Of a stretch of 37,312 nt of DNA, positions 1 through 11,334 are shown one piece after another. The stretch comes from Chiloscyllium plagiosum. Taxonomy: Eukaryota. Position 1 is the stretch's first letter; each line of letters starts with the position of its first letter. Made by a program: the position numbers and the translations under genes. The DNA is taken from the NCBI RefSeq assembly GCF_004010195.1, contig NC_057753.1, positions 14,870,751-14,908,062 on the forward strand. The letters run 5' to 3'. The notes beneath the pieces were generated by a model. The model did no database searches, was not told where the DNA came from, and worked only from the letters and a program-made list of their open reading frames with translations.

Positions 1-815
1 TTACCCATAGTGCCCAGGGATTTGCAGGTTAGGGTGGATTGGCCGTGCTGAATTACCCATAGTGCCCAGGGATTTGCAGGTTAGGGTGGATTGGCCGTGC
101 TGAATTACCCATAGTGCCCAGGGATTTGCAGGTTAGGGTGGATTGGCCGTGCTGAATTACCCATAGTGCCCAGGGATTTGCAGGTTAGGGTGGATTGGCC
201 GTGCTGAATTACCCATAGTGCCCAGGGATGTGCAGGTTAGGGTGGATTGGCCGTGCTAAATTACCCATAGTGCCCAGGGATGTGCAGGTTAGGGTGGATT
301 GGCCGTGCTAAATTACACATAGTGCCAGGGATGTACAGGTTAGGGTGGATTGGCCGTGCTAAATTACCCATAGTGCCCAGGCTTGTGCAGGTTCGGGTGG
401 GTTGGCCGTGCTAAATTACCCATAGTGCCCAGGGATGTGCAGGTTAGGGTGGGGCCGTGCTAAATTACCCATAGTGCCCAGGGATGTGCAGGTTAGGGTG
501 GATTGGCCGTGCTAAAATACCCGTAATGCCCAGGGATGTGCAGGTTAGGGTGGATTGGCCGTGCTAAATTACCCATAGTGCCCAGGGATGTGCAGGTTAG
601 GGTGGATAGGCCGTGCTAAATTACCCATAGTCCCCAGGGATGTGCAGGTTAGGGTGGATTGGGGGGAGTGCTAAATTACCCATAGTGCCCAGGGATGTGC
701 AGGTTAGAGTGGATTGGCCATACTAAATTACCCATAGTGCCCAGGGATGTGCAGGTTAGAGTGGATTGGCCATGCTAAATTACCCATAGTGCCCAGGGAT
801 GTGCAGGTTAGGGTG
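1..815 (+). repeat. 52-bp minisatellite (~15.5 copies) amplified from the internal segment of an HE1-type SINE
   Basis: Unit TTACCCATAGTGCCCAGGGATGTGCAGGTTAGGGTGGATTGGCCGTGCTAAA has period 52. The same unit lies inside the SINE at 2393-2878, and an HE1/CR1-like 3' tail follows at ~830-930. Confidence 0.9.
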
Positions 816-1189
816 AGTCAGCCATGGGAAATGCAGGGTTACTGGGATAGTTTAGGGTGATGGGCCTGGGTGGGATGCTATTCAGAGGGTTGGTGTGAAC
901 CTGTTGGGCCAAATGTCCTGCTTCCACACCTTGAGCATTCTGTGATTAATGCCGTGGAGTGCCCCGACTCCCTTTGCTTTGATCTTTCTGTGGGCTATCC
1001 CTCGCTCTCTGTCCACCTGGTCCTGCTCCCGGGAACTCGTTCCCTCCTGTTTTCTGAAGGTTGGGTGGGTCTTCGGTCAATCTGCCGCGTGCTTCACTCT
1101 GTTTGCCTGCCTTGTGTGGAGCAGCACCCGCCCATCGGAGTGCAGCTGAGAAGCTGCAGAGTTAATAACAGCTCTTCCACCCTCCACAG

Positions 1190-1240
1190 GCCCATGTGTA
1201 CGGAGAAGGGGATGATGTGTACGACGCACTGTTAAACCAG
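1190..1240 (+). CDS. PARP2: PARP2 internal exon (start of WGR domain): AHVYGEGDDVYDALLNQ
   Basis: Acceptor cctccacAG|GCC and donor CAG|GTAGGT, 51 nt, phase 0/0. Matches recalled human PARP2 AHVYCEGNDVYDVMLNQ. Confidence 0.93.
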
Positions 1241-1261
1241 GTAGGTGCCATAACTACCACC

Positions 1262-1324
1262 ACCCACCCCTTCCCCATCCCCTTCCCCATCCCCTTCCCC
1301 TTTCCCATCCCCTATCCCATCCCC
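1262..1324 (+). repeat. (CCCCTTCCCCAT)n pyrimidine-rich microsatellite running into a gap
   Basis: Seen directly; similar low-complexity sequence resumes at 1683. Confidence 0.85.
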
Positions 1325-1682
1325 NNNNNNNNNNNNNNNNNNNNNNNNNNNNNNNNNNNNNNNNNNNNNNNNNNNNNNNNNNNNNNNNNNNNNNNNNNNN
1401 NNNNNNNNNNNNNNNNNNNNNNNNNNNNNNNNNNNNNNNNNNNNNNNNNNNNNNNNNNNNNNNNNNNNNNNNNNNNNNNNNNNNNNNNNNNNNNNNNNNN
1501 NNNNNNNNNNNNNNNNNNNNNNNNNNNNNNNNNNNNNNNNNNNNNNNNNNNNNNNNNNNNNNNNNNNNNNNNNNNNNNNNNNNNNNNNNNNNNNNNNNNN
1601 NNNNNNNNNNNNNNNNNNNNNNNNNNNNNNNNNNNNNNNNNNNNNNNNNNNNNNNNNNNNNNNNNNNNNNNNNNNNNNNNNN
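1325..1682. other. assembly gap (358 N)
   Basis: N run flanked by similar low-complexity sequence. Confidence 0.99.
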
Positions 1683-1784
1683 TCCCCCTTCCCCCACCAC
1701 ATCCATCTCCCCATTCCCAGTCTACACGAGCTTTAATTTGGATAATTACAAGGCATTGCATTTTGCTAAAACAAACAAGGACGT

Positions 1785-2390
1785 GATCTGAGTAATTATA
1801 AGTTGGGCCTTTGGTAGCGTTTTGACCAGAGAGACCCAGGGGTCCCGGGACATAATTCTTTCAAGTTTGCGTCACAGGTAGACGGTGGGGGCGGGGAGTG
1901 AAAAAGGCATTTCTAACGCTTGCCTTCATCGCTTTGAGTACAGGGGTTGGGACGTTATGTTGTGGTTGTACAGGACATAGGTGAGGCTTCCCCTGGAGTA
2001 CCGTTCTGGTTCTGTCCTGGTCGTCCTGTTACAGGAGGATACTATTAAAGCTGGAGAGGGCGCGGAAGTGATTTACCAGGACGTTGCTCAGTACGGAGGG
2101 CTCGAGTTAGAAGGAGACGAGGGGGCGTTTTCCTTTTCCCACTGGAGAACAGGACGTTGGGGGGGATGACCTTACAGAGGTTTATAAAATTATGAGAGGA
2201 ATGGTGATGGTGAATAGCAAAGGTCATTTCTCCAAGGGTGGGGGAGTTCAAAACGTGGGTTGAGCTGCCTGAGGGAGTGGTGGCTATGAGTATGGTTACA
2301 GTATAAAGAAGACATTTGGATACGTTCATAGATAGGGAAAGGTTGGGAGGGATATGGACCAGGAGCGGACTAGTTTAGTTTGGGATTATG
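1785..2390 (+). mobile_element. decayed CR1/HER1-type LINE 3' fragment (RT C-terminus and 3' UTR)
   Basis: Degenerate QRDLGV / LAFI / VRLPLEY / RGDL.EVYKIM motifs. The 3' UTR continues at 2879-2940 after a SINE insertion. Confidence 0.8.
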
Positions 2391-2392
2391 AT

Positions 2393-2878
2393 GATTAGAT
2401 TCCCTTACAGTGTGGGAACAGGCCCTTCGGCCTAACCAGTCCGCGCCAACCCCACCGAAGGGTCAGCCACCCCAGACCCATTTCCCTCTGGCTACTGCAC
2501 CTAACATTTAGCACGGCCAATCCACCCTAACCTACACATCCCTGGGAACTATGGGTAATTTTGCATGGCAACTCCACCCTAACCTGCACATCCCTGGGCA
2601 CTATGGGTAATTTAGCACGGCCAATCCACCCTAACCTGCACATCCCTGAGCACTATGGGTAATTTAGCACGGCCAATCCCCCCTAACCTGCACATCCCTG
2701 AGCACTATGGGTAATTTAGCATGGCCAATCCACCCTAACCTGCACATCTTTGGACTGGCGCACCCAGAGGAAACCCACGCAGACACGGGGAGAATGTGCA
2801 AATTCCAGGGTGGAATCGAGCCCAGGTACCTGGGCCTGTGAGGCAGCAGTGCTAACCACTGATCCACTGTGCCGCCCC
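2393..2878 (-). mobile_element. HE1-type tRNA-derived V-SINE with internal 52-bp tandem amplification, inserted in a CR1 3' UTR
   Basis: Minus strand begins GGGGCGGCACAGTGGATCAGTGGTTAGCACTGCTGCCTCACAG, with a degenerate B box GGCTCGATTCC and a V-domain TCTGCGTGGGTTTCCTC. TATG lies on both flanks (2386-2389, 2879-2882). Confidence 0.85.
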
Positions 2879-3449
2879 TATGGTCTGCATGGACTGGTTG
2901 GATGGAAGGACCTATTACGGTGCTGTAGCACTCTACGGCTGTGTGAAGTTTGCAAACTGGGGAGCTCATAGTGAGCAGCGATCTCATTGAAACATCCCAA
3001 ATCCTGAGGGGACTTGAGAGGTCGCCTCCCTTATTTGGGGGTGGGGAGGGGTGCACAGTTTTAGAATGAGGGGAGGGGGTCTGCCATAGGTGAAGGAGAT
3101 GAGGAGTAATTTCTCCCCTCAGAGGGATACCCACAGTTCTCTCGGGAAGGGAATTGCAGGATTTTTACTCGCCGAGGCCGAAGGGAAGGCCGCTGCGTTT
3201 CCAAGCGGTTCAGCGTGGCGGATCCAAGCTAACCTGCGCATGTTTGGACTGTTGGAGGACACATCGCCATGTTCCAACATTCTCCAAGACCATGGCTGGT
3301 ATGATTGTGGCCATAGCTCCACTTGTAGTGGCTCAGAGAGGAACTTGCAGGGAGTGGTGCTGCTGTGCATCGAGTTGATTATTCAGGTCTCTTTACGCAG
3401 ACGGACTGAACCATTTGCCACTAGTTTAAAATCTAAGCTCTTAAACAAA

Positions 3450-4235
3450 AGAACCAGGAGCAGGAGGCGGCAGTCCGGCCCCTCAGACCTGCTCCTCCGG
3501 TTCAATATCATCGCGGCTGAACCTCTCTTGGACTCAGCTCCACTTCCCTGCGCTCCCACCCGCATCCCTTAATTCCTTCATTGTCCAACGACCTCCCCCC
3601 CCCCCCCCCCCTCCGAGTGAAGAAATTCCTTCCCAATTCCGTCCGAAATCTGCTCCCTCTAACGTTGAGCCTGCGTCCTCTTGTCCGAGTTTCACCCGCC
3701 AGTGAAAACATCCTCTCTGCGTCCGTCTCGTCCATTCCCTTCCTAACTTAAGTGTTTCTGTAAGATCCCCTCTCATTCCTCTAAGTTCCTGCGAGTACAC
3801 TCCCAGCCTGCTCAGTCTCTCCGCATAAACCAACCCCCTCGAGTCGGGGATCAACCTCGTGACCCTCCTCCGCATCCCCTCCACCGCATCCCCTCCAGTG
3901 CCAGTGCGTCCTTTCTCAATTAAGGAGACCAGAACTAAACACAGTACTCCAAGTGTGGCCTCCCCAGCGCCTTGTATGACGGCAACATAACCTCCCTGTT
4001 TATGAACTCAATCGCTTCAACAGTGAAGGACAAAACTCCATTTGCCTCCCTAATTGCCTGTTGTACCTGCAGGCCAACCCTCTGTGATTCGTGCACAAGG
4101 ACACCCAGGTCCCTCTGTACAGCAGCGCCCTGCAACCTTTGACATTCCAGTAATAATCCGTTCCACCGTTACTCTGACCCGAAATGGATGACTTCACGTT
4201 TATTAACGTTGTATTCCATCTGCCAGACCTTACTC
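3450..4235 (-). mobile_element. CR1 LINE 3' fragment
   Basis: ORF-track peptides WQMEYNVNKREVIHFG, QRDLGVLVHES...YKALGRPHLEYCV and RGDLTETLK are typical of the CR1 ORF2 C-terminus; frameshifted. Confidence 0.9.
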
Positions 4236-4439
4236 GATGTGTGCAACCACGTGCGTTTCATCGCAGGCTGGGGAAAGTGGCGGGAAGCTGCTTCCGGGGT
4301 TGGGGGGGGGGGGGGGGGTTTGGAAGGTGCAGTCTCAGGACCGACGGCCCATTGCTGGTCATCAGGCTGAGGGGTGAGTGAGGGAAGGTCAGGCCAGCGC
4401 GAGGGGGCCACTCTAAACGCCTCACCGTCTTTCCAACAG

Positions 4440-4536
4440 ACCAACGTCCAGTTCAACAACAACAAATACTACATCATTCAGCTCCTGGAGGATGACGCAA
4501 GGAGGCATTTCAGCGTCTGGATGCGATGGGGAAGAG
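4440..4536 (+). CDS. PARP2: PARP2 internal exon: TNVQFNNNKYYIIQLLEDDARRHFSVWMRWGR (WGR motif)
   Basis: Acceptor ttccaacAG|ACC and donor AGAG|GTACAC, 97 nt, phase 0/1. Near-identical to recalled human TNLQFNNNKYYLIQLLEDDAQRNFSVWMRWGR. Confidence 0.96.
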
Positions 4537-4720
4537 GTACACAGCCCGGGATGGGTGCACAGAGCATGCCGACCGATGCCAGTTGTCCAGGCTAGAAAAT
4601 ACAGGTCTCCGTGCGGTAACATATAACCTGGTCTGACCACTATACAAAGCTGGACGGACAATGTCTCGCTGCCTGGTCACACTGAGAGCGCGACAACTGC
4701 ACATCGAGGAGATGCGACAG

Positions 4721-4920
4721 AGGGGGTTAAGGATGGTCCCGACGGGGTATATAAAATATTAAACAGGGACGGAGGGGGTTAAGGAGGGTCCTGACGGGAG
4801 ATATAAAATATTAAACTGGGACGGAGGGGGTTAAGGATGGTCCCGACGGTGGATATAAAATATTAAACAGGGATGGAGGGGGTTAAGGAGGGTCCCGACG
4901 GTGGATATAAAATATTAAAT
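4721..4920 (+). repeat. 52-bp minisatellite (~4 copies)
   Basis: AGGGGGTTAAGGA(T/G)GGTCCCGACGG..ATATAAAATATTAAACAGGGACGG starts at 4721, 4773, 4825 and 4877. Confidence 0.9.
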
Positions 4921-4939
4921 GGCTGTTTTACCGTTTCAG

Positions 4940-5015
4940 TTGGGAAGGTCGGTCAACACAACCTGATCTCGTGTGGTAGTGATCTGAATAAAGCCAAGGA
5001 AATCTTTGAAAAGAA
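4940..5015 (+). CDS. PARP2: PARP2 internal exon: (V)GKVGQHNLISCGSDLNKAKEIFEK(K)
   Basis: Acceptor ccgtttcAG|TT and donor AAGAA|GTAGGT, 76 nt, phase 1/2. Matches recalled human VGKMGQHSLVACSGNLNKAKEIFQKK. Confidence 0.95.
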
Positions 5016-5059
5016 GTAGGTGAAGTGAGGTTTTTTAAAGTTTGCTTGGTTTGTGTCGA

Positions 5060-6895
5060 ATACTCCCAGGGACGGGCAGCATGGGGTTTGATACAGAGTA
5101 ACGCTCTCTCTACACTGTCCCCCCATCCCAGGGACAGCATGGGGTTTGATACAGAGTAAAGCTCCCTCTACAGTAGGTGAAGTGAGGTTTTTTAAAGTTT
5201 GCTTGGTTTGTGTCGAATACTCCCAGGGACGGGCAGCATGGGGTTAAATACAGAGTAAAGCTCCCTCTACACTGTCCCCCCCATCCCAGGGACGGGCAGC
5301 ATGGGGTTAGATACAGAGTAAAGCTCCCTCTACACTGTCCCCCCCATCCCAGGGACGGGCAGCACTGGGTTAGATACAGAGTAAAGCTCCCTCTACACTG
5401 TCCCCCCATCCCAGGGACAGGGACAGCACGGGGTTAGATACAGAGTAAAGCTCTCTCTGCACTGTTCCCCCATCCCAGGGACAGGGACAGCACGGGGTCA
5501 GATACAGAGTAAAGCTTCCTCTACACTGTCTCCCCCATCCCAGGGTCAGGGACAGCACGGGGTTAGATACAGAGTAAAGCTCCCTCTACACTGTACCCCC
5601 ATCACAGGGACAGGGACAGCACGGGGTTAGATACAGAGTAAAGCGCCCTCTACACTGTCCCCCCCCCTCCCAGGACAGGGACAGCACGGGGGTAGAGACA
5701 GAGTAAACCTCCCTCTACACTGCCCCCATCAAACACTCCCAGGACAGGGACAGCACGGGGTTCGATACAGAGTAAAGCTCCCTCTACACTGTCCCCCATC
5801 AAACACTCCCAGGACAGGGACAGCACAGGGTTAGATACAGAGTAAAGCTCCCTNNNNNNNNNNNNNNNNNNNNNNNNNNNNNNNNNNNNNNNNNNNNNNN
5901 NNNNNNNNNNNNNNNNNNNNNNNNNNNNNNNNNNNNNNNNNNNNNNNNNNNNNNNNNNNNNNNNNNNNNNNNNNNNNNNNNNNNNNNNNNNNNNNNNNNN
6001 NNNNNNNNNNNNNNNNNNNNNNNNNNNNNNNNNNNNNNNNNNNNNNNNNNNNNNNNNNNNNNNNNNNNNNNNNNNNNNNNNNNNNNNNNNNNNNNNNNNN
6101 NNNNNNNNNNNNNNNNNNNNNNNNNNNNNNNNNNNNNNNNNNNNNNNNNNNNNNNNNNNNNNNNNNNNNNNNNNNNNNNNNNNNNNNNNNNNNNNNNNNN
6201 NNNNNNNNNNNNNNNNNNNNNNNNNNNNNNNNNNNNNNNNNNNNNNNNNNNNNNNNNNNNNNNNNNNNNNNNNNNNNCCCCATCAAACACTCCCTGGGAC
6301 AGGGACAGCACGGGGTTAGATACGGAGTAAAGCTCCCTCTACACTGTCCCCCCATCATCCCCCCCCACTCCCAGGGACAGCACGGGGTTAGATACAGAGT
6401 AAAGCTCACTCTACACTGACCCCCCATCAAACACTCCCAGGGACATGGACAGCACGGGGTTAGATACAGAGTAAAGCTCCCTCTACACTGTCCCCCCCCA
6501 CTCACGGGACAGCACGGGGTTAGATACAGAGTAAAGCTCTCACTACACTGTCCCCCCCATCAAACACTCCCAGGGACATGGACAGCACGGGGTTAGATAC
6601 AGAGTAAAGCTCCCTCTACACTGTCTCCCCCCCGGTCCCAGGGACAGGGACAGGGACAGCACGGGGTTAGATACAGAGTAAAGCTCCCTCTGCACTGTCC
6701 CCCCCCATCCCAGGGACAGCACGGGGTTAGATACAGAGTAAAGCTCCCTCTACACTGTCCCCCCCATCCCAGGGACAGGGACAGCACTGGGTTAGATACA
6801 GAGTAAAGCTCCCTCTGCACTGTCCCCCCCCCCATCTCAGGGACAGGGACAGCACAGGGTTAGATACAGAGTAAAGCTCCCTCTGCACTGTCACA
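5060..6895 (+). repeat. ~55-70-bp GC-rich minisatellite spanning a 424-N gap (5854-6277)
   Basis: Unit CCCAGGGACAGGGACAGCACGGGGTTAGATACAGAGTAAAGCTCCCTCTACACTGTCCCCCCATC(AAACACT), more than 20 copies visible. Confidence 0.92.
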
Positions 6896-7017
6896 CCAAT
6901 CAGACAGGCTTGGGTCTGGGGAGGGTGTGCGTAAGCCTCGGTTTGCGGGGGGCGGTGTGGGTCGTTACTTTTTGTTTAACCTGGTGCTGGGATCTTTCCC
7001 CATCCCGTCCCTGACAG

Positions 7018-7129
7018 GTTTCTGGACAAGACCAAGAACACCTGGTCGAACAGAGTGTCCTTCGAGAAGGTGGCCGGAAAGTACGACCTGTTGACTCGGG
7101 ATTACAGTGGCGATGCCCCTGCGGACGAG
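7018..7129 (+). CDS. PARP2: PARP2 internal exon: FLDKTKNTWSNRVSFEKVAGKYDLLTRDYSGDAPADE (end of WGR domain)
   Basis: Acceptor cctgacAG|G and probable donor GAG|GTACTT, 112 nt, phase 2/0. Matches recalled human FLDKTKNNWEDREKFEKVPGKYDMLQMDY. Confidence 0.93.
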
Positions 7130-7362
7130 GTACTTGGGCATCTCGCTGCCCCTCTGATTGGGGGGGACGGTGTCACGGGAAGTTTCTCGTCTTCTCCCGG
7201 GCCCCGTGTCAATTTCCAGCGTGCGTTATGCATGGTCGGGGACAGTTTGGTGCCATGGGTGGGGAAATGTGTCTATCGAGCCCTGTCCTGGGAGGACTCT
7301 GTGTCAGCCATCGCAGGTTCACACAGCTTGCTCCCTCCGTTCCTTCCAGGCCAAGTGAGTCT

Positions 7363-7830
7363 GTACCCCACTGTTATACAGTGACAGACCTGTCCCCACC
7401 AGTACTGTACCCCAGTGTTATACAGTGACAGACCTGTCCCCACCAGTACTGTACCCCAGTGTTATACAGGGACAGACCTGTCCCCACCAGTACTGCACCC
7501 CAGTGTTATACAGGGACAGACCCGTCCCCACCAGTACTGTACCCCAGTGTTATACAGGGACAGACCCGTCCCCACCAGTACTGTACCCCAGTGTTATACA
7601 GGGACAGACCCGTCCCCACCAGTACTGTACCCCAGTGTTATACAGGGACAGACCCGTCCCCACCAGTACTGTACCCCAGTGTTATACAGGGACAGACCCG
7701 TCCCCACCAGTACTGTACCCCAGTGTTATACAGGGACAGACCCGTCCCCACCAGTACTGTAACCCAGTGTTATACAGGGACAGACCCGTCCCCACCAGTA
7801 CTGTACCCCAGTGTTATACAGGGACAGACA
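7363..7830 (+). repeat. 44-bp minisatellite (~10.5 copies)
   Basis: Unit CAGTGTTATACAGGGACAGACCCGTCCCCACCAGTACTGTACCC, period 44. Confidence 0.93.
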
Positions 7831-8032
7831 CATTCGAACTAATTGCAATCTCTTCCCAGTAATTGGACAGGTACAGAACGAGATCGCTGGATAGAGGGAA
7901 TCAGGCGAGAGACAGGCAATAGTTATAACCACCCGGAGGGGTCAGCACTCACACTCCCCCCTCCCCCCACACACACACACTCCCCTCCCCCCCGACACAC
8001 ACACTCCCCTCCTCTCCCCACACACACACTCC

Positions 8033-8532
8033 NNNNNNNNNNNNNNNNNNNNNNNNNNNNNNNNNNNNNNNNNNNNNNNNNNNNNNNNNNNNNNNNNNNN
8101 NNNNNNNNNNNNNNNNNNNNNNNNNNNNNNNNNNNNNNNNNNNNNNNNNNNNNNNNNNNNNNNNNNNNNNNNNNNNNNNNNNNNNNNNNNNNNNNNNNNN
8201 NNNNNNNNNNNNNNNNNNNNNNNNNNNNNNNNNNNNNNNNNNNNNNNNNNNNNNNNNNNNNNNNNNNNNNNNNNNNNNNNNNNNNNNNNNNNNNNNNNNN
8301 NNNNNNNNNNNNNNNNNNNNNNNNNNNNNNNNNNNNNNNNNNNNNNNNNNNNNNNNNNNNNNNNNNNNNNNNNNNNNNNNNNNNNNNNNNNNNNNNNNNN
8401 NNNNNNNNNNNNNNNNNNNNNNNNNNNNNNNNNNNNNNNNNNNNNNNNNNNNNNNNNNNNNNNNNNNNNNNNNNNNNNNNNNNNNNNNNNNNNNNNNNNN
8501 NNNNNNNNNNNNNNNNNNNNNNNNNNNNNNNN
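8033..8532. other. assembly gap of exactly 500 N (probable scaffolding join)
   Basis: Round length, with an abrupt change in composition and repeat content across it. Confidence 0.9.
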
Positions 8533-8575
8533 TCTTAGTAGGTGTCACTAAAAGAACAACGGAGAGAATACTTAG

Positions 8576-8644
8576 TGATATGATTTGGTTTTGTACCGAG
8601 GTTGCTGTGGTCACAATGCAAATAAAGTCAACGACGATCAAAGC
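8576..8644 (-). pseudogene. degenerate tRNA-His(GTG)
   Basis: Minus strand GCTTTGATCGT...TTTGCATTGTGACCACAGCAACCTCGGTACAAAACCAAATCATATCA aligns to vertebrate tRNA-His (..CTGCGTTGTGGCCGCAGCAACCTCGGTTCGAATCCGAGTCACGGCA). B box is broken. Confidence 0.7.
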
Positions 8645-9195
8645 AACCACACAACAGCATGCTGGCAAGCAGCAATAAGAATACTCGCAGAGGAAATGTT
8701 CTGAAGAACAACAAGTGTACAATATAATTACTCAGCGGACATTGACAGACATGTGGGAACTGAGAATGAGCTGAATGTTTAACTTCAATGTCCTCAGAGG
8801 CTGTGGAGATCCCTTGAATGAGAATGTTGAAAACTGACATTGGTGGATTTCCACAAAGCATCAAAGCCTCGGGGGACAGTGCAGGATATTGTTGAAATGT
8901 ATGCTTCAATAGCATTGTAGTTTAACATCGGTGACTTCACCAGCTACCCCACTCAAGGCAGTAATCATTACTGCAGATAATCACACATAATCCCAGTTCC
9001 CAGCACCGGAATCAGAGAAAAAGTGACGGAGCCACCCAGGTCCATCTGGCTCCAGTCATGCATGAGGTGAGCGTGCTGTCCTTCTATGTTGGAATAGAGG
9101 CACAAGAAATTCCAAGGTTGTGAGTGCTCCTGATCAAGAGAATATGTGTCCCCGTTTATACTGTCATAGCGATCCATAGTGCATCTTGCCGAAAA

Positions 9196-9265
9196 AGCTC
9201 AGTGGCACAACTGGGACGTGTTGAGCTTTAACTGTGAAGTGGGGGTTTAAAAGCTGATTTTGCTA
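9196..9265 (+). pseudogene. highly degenerate initiator tRNA-Met
   Basis: AGCTCAGTGGCACAACTGGGACGTGTTGAGCTTTAAC...TTTGCTA occupies the same position in the repeat unit as the clearer copies at 24021-24091 and 33790-33862. Confidence 0.55.
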
Positions 9266-9395
9266 TTTCGATCTGCGTTTCCGACACACTGGTGGTGGCA
9301 GCTGCTCTTGCTCGCATCAACTCAGAATCAGTTTCTTCCTCACAGTAAAGACTTCAACCTAGAGAAGGTGGTGTTGGGGTGATATTTTGACCTAG

Positions 9396-10050
9396 GCAAA
9401 AGTGAGAACTGCAAATGCTGGAAACCAGAGTATAGATCAGAGTGGTGCTGGAAAAGCACAGCGGGGCAGGCAGCACCCGCGGACAGGAAAAACTATGTTT
9501 TGGGCAAAAGCCCTTCATCTGGAATAGAGGCAGGAAACCTCCAGGTTGGAGAGATAAATGGGGTGTGGGTGGGGCTAGGGAGAATGTAGCAAAGAGTACA
9601 ATAGGTGAATGGGTGTGGGAATGGTGGTGATACGTCAGAGAGGAGGGTGGGGTAAGTTAGCAAAAGTATAAAGGTTTATGGGGTGGGGTGGAGGTGATAC
9701 CTCAGAGGGGAGGGTGGAGCGGATAGGTGGGAAGGGACATTGGCAGGTAGGGCTGGTCATGAGGACAGTGCAGAGCGAGAAGGTTGGAAAGGATGTACAG
9801 TGGGGGGAGGGGAAATTGGGAAACTGATGAAGTACACATTGAAGCCCTCGGTTTGAAGTGTTCCGAATTGGAAGATGAGGTCTTCTTCCTCCAGGCGTCG
9901 CGTGGTGAAGGAGCGGCGGAGGAGGAGACCTGGCACTTGCATGTCCTCAGGAGAGTTGGAGGGTGGGTTGAAATGTTGGGACACTCGGTGGTGGGGTTGA
10001 TTGGTGAGGGTGTCTCAGAGATGTTCTCCGAAGCGCTCTGCGAGGAGGCA
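9396..10050 (-). mobile_element. 5'-truncated Penelope-like element (GIY-YIG C-terminus and 3' pseudo-LTR)
   Basis: Peptide SQHFNPPSNSPEDMQVPGLL...RRLEEEDLIFQFGTLQTEGFNV. Degenerate 14-bp TSD ATATTTTGACCTAG (9382-9395) / ATATTTTAAACTAG (10051-10064). The paralogous unit has an empty site near 33975-33992. Confidence 0.85.
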
Positions 10051-11019
10051 ATATTTTAAACTAGTCAGACTTGGCGACTGTGACATGGAACTGGTGATGT
10101 TTAACTTCGATTTATTAAACTTGGAATGCAAGCCTGACCTCAGGAACAGAGGTCATGACTTTGATTTCCTGAAATCCTATTCATTCATGACCATTATGCA
10201 GGGGATTCTACCATATTTACACAATCCTGCCTACGTGTGACTCCAGGACCAGAAAAACATTAGCTGCCCCTTAATTCGAGAATCCCCACTGTGTGGGGAA
10301 TCAGGCTATTCGGCCCTTCCAGTCCACACCATCTCTCCGGAGCACCAGACCTCTATCCCATAAGTCTGGATTTCCTATTGCTGATTCCTATAACCGGCAT
10401 ATCTTTGTTCAGAGGAAGAAAATAACACAAACACACAGATAATGTGCAGACTGCACACAGATAGACCCCCGAGGCTGGGTTCGAAACTGGGTGCAGCCAG
10501 ACAGCAGAGAACTCTGGACGAAAAATAAGCGTTGTCTTACCCAATGATCGCCACATCCTGTGGCGGAATAAGGAAAAAGAAAGCCCATTCACAACATGGA
10601 AAACTATATTCATATTTGTGTGAGCACGATAGAAGCAATCGTTTCCCCTGGATAGGAAAAAGGACACTGATACCACAGGGAGAGCAGGGCAATGGGGAAC
10701 TGCGGAAGGGATTCAATTAACCACTGAAGTGGAAACCCATTTACTCAATCAGACTGGGGAGTGGCCGTTCACCAGTCTCATGTGAGGGAAGGGATCACTG
10801 AACAAAACAACCTCCGGAGTCACCAACAAGATTACATATCCCATCAGATTTTCGATTATGCTGTCAATGCTGCTGGTAATCCCAACCAGCTTCCGGTTTC
10901 ATTGCATCAATCGTAGAGTCATACAGCATGAAAAAGGACGCGTCAGTCCTACTAGTCCATGCTGAACATACTGCCAAACTAATCTAGTCGCATCTGCCAG
11001 CGGAGGGGCGATAATGCTC

Positions 11020-11320
11020 TTTGAGTTCTATTACTGTATTGTTAATCCAAGAGCCCAGGTAATATTTTGTGCGCAAAGGGTTCAGATCCTGGCATCGCAG
11101 ATGGTGGAGTTTGAATTCAATAAATACCTGGAATTAAAGTGTCTCATGATGACCTGGATCAGTTGTTGTGGAAATCTCTATCTGGTCCACTCATGCCTGT
11201 TAGGGAGAGCGAACTGCCATAGTCATCTGCTCTATCCCACATGAAACTCCAGATGTGTAATATCGTAATGGACTCTTCACTCTCATCTGTGAAATAGTTA
11301 AAGGACTAGGCATGAATGAA
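11020..11320 (+). mobile_element. SacSINE1/DeuSINE-like SINE (related copies at ~13957-14300 +, ~23590-23835 -, ~34960-35260 +)
   Basis: Shared GGGTTC..ATCC..CAT.GCAGATGGTGGA.TTTGAATTCAATAAA...AGGGA.GAACTGCC...TGA.TCCAGA core. Family name recalled, not searched. Confidence 0.6.
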
Positions 11321-11334
11321 TAGATTTTAGTTTA

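Noticed and set aside
1..815. CRISPR-like array or telomeric TTAGGG tract
   Set aside because: The units are contiguous with no unique spacers. TTAGGG occurs once per SINE-derived unit and not in tandem.
1190..7129. PARP1 or PARP3 assignment of the WGR exons
   Set aside because: NQTNVQFNNNKYY..QLLEDD..R.FSVWMRWGRVGK.GQH and FLDKTKN follow PARP2 much more closely.
5110..7862. Cys/Pro-rich repetitive ORFs in the ORF track
   Set aside because: They are translations of intronic minisatellites and N runs.
8968..9177. Recurrent peptide (PAF)DQEHSQP in four ORFs as a conserved protein
   Set aside because: It reflects nucleotide homology of the iMet-His spacer; frames and downstream translations differ among copies.
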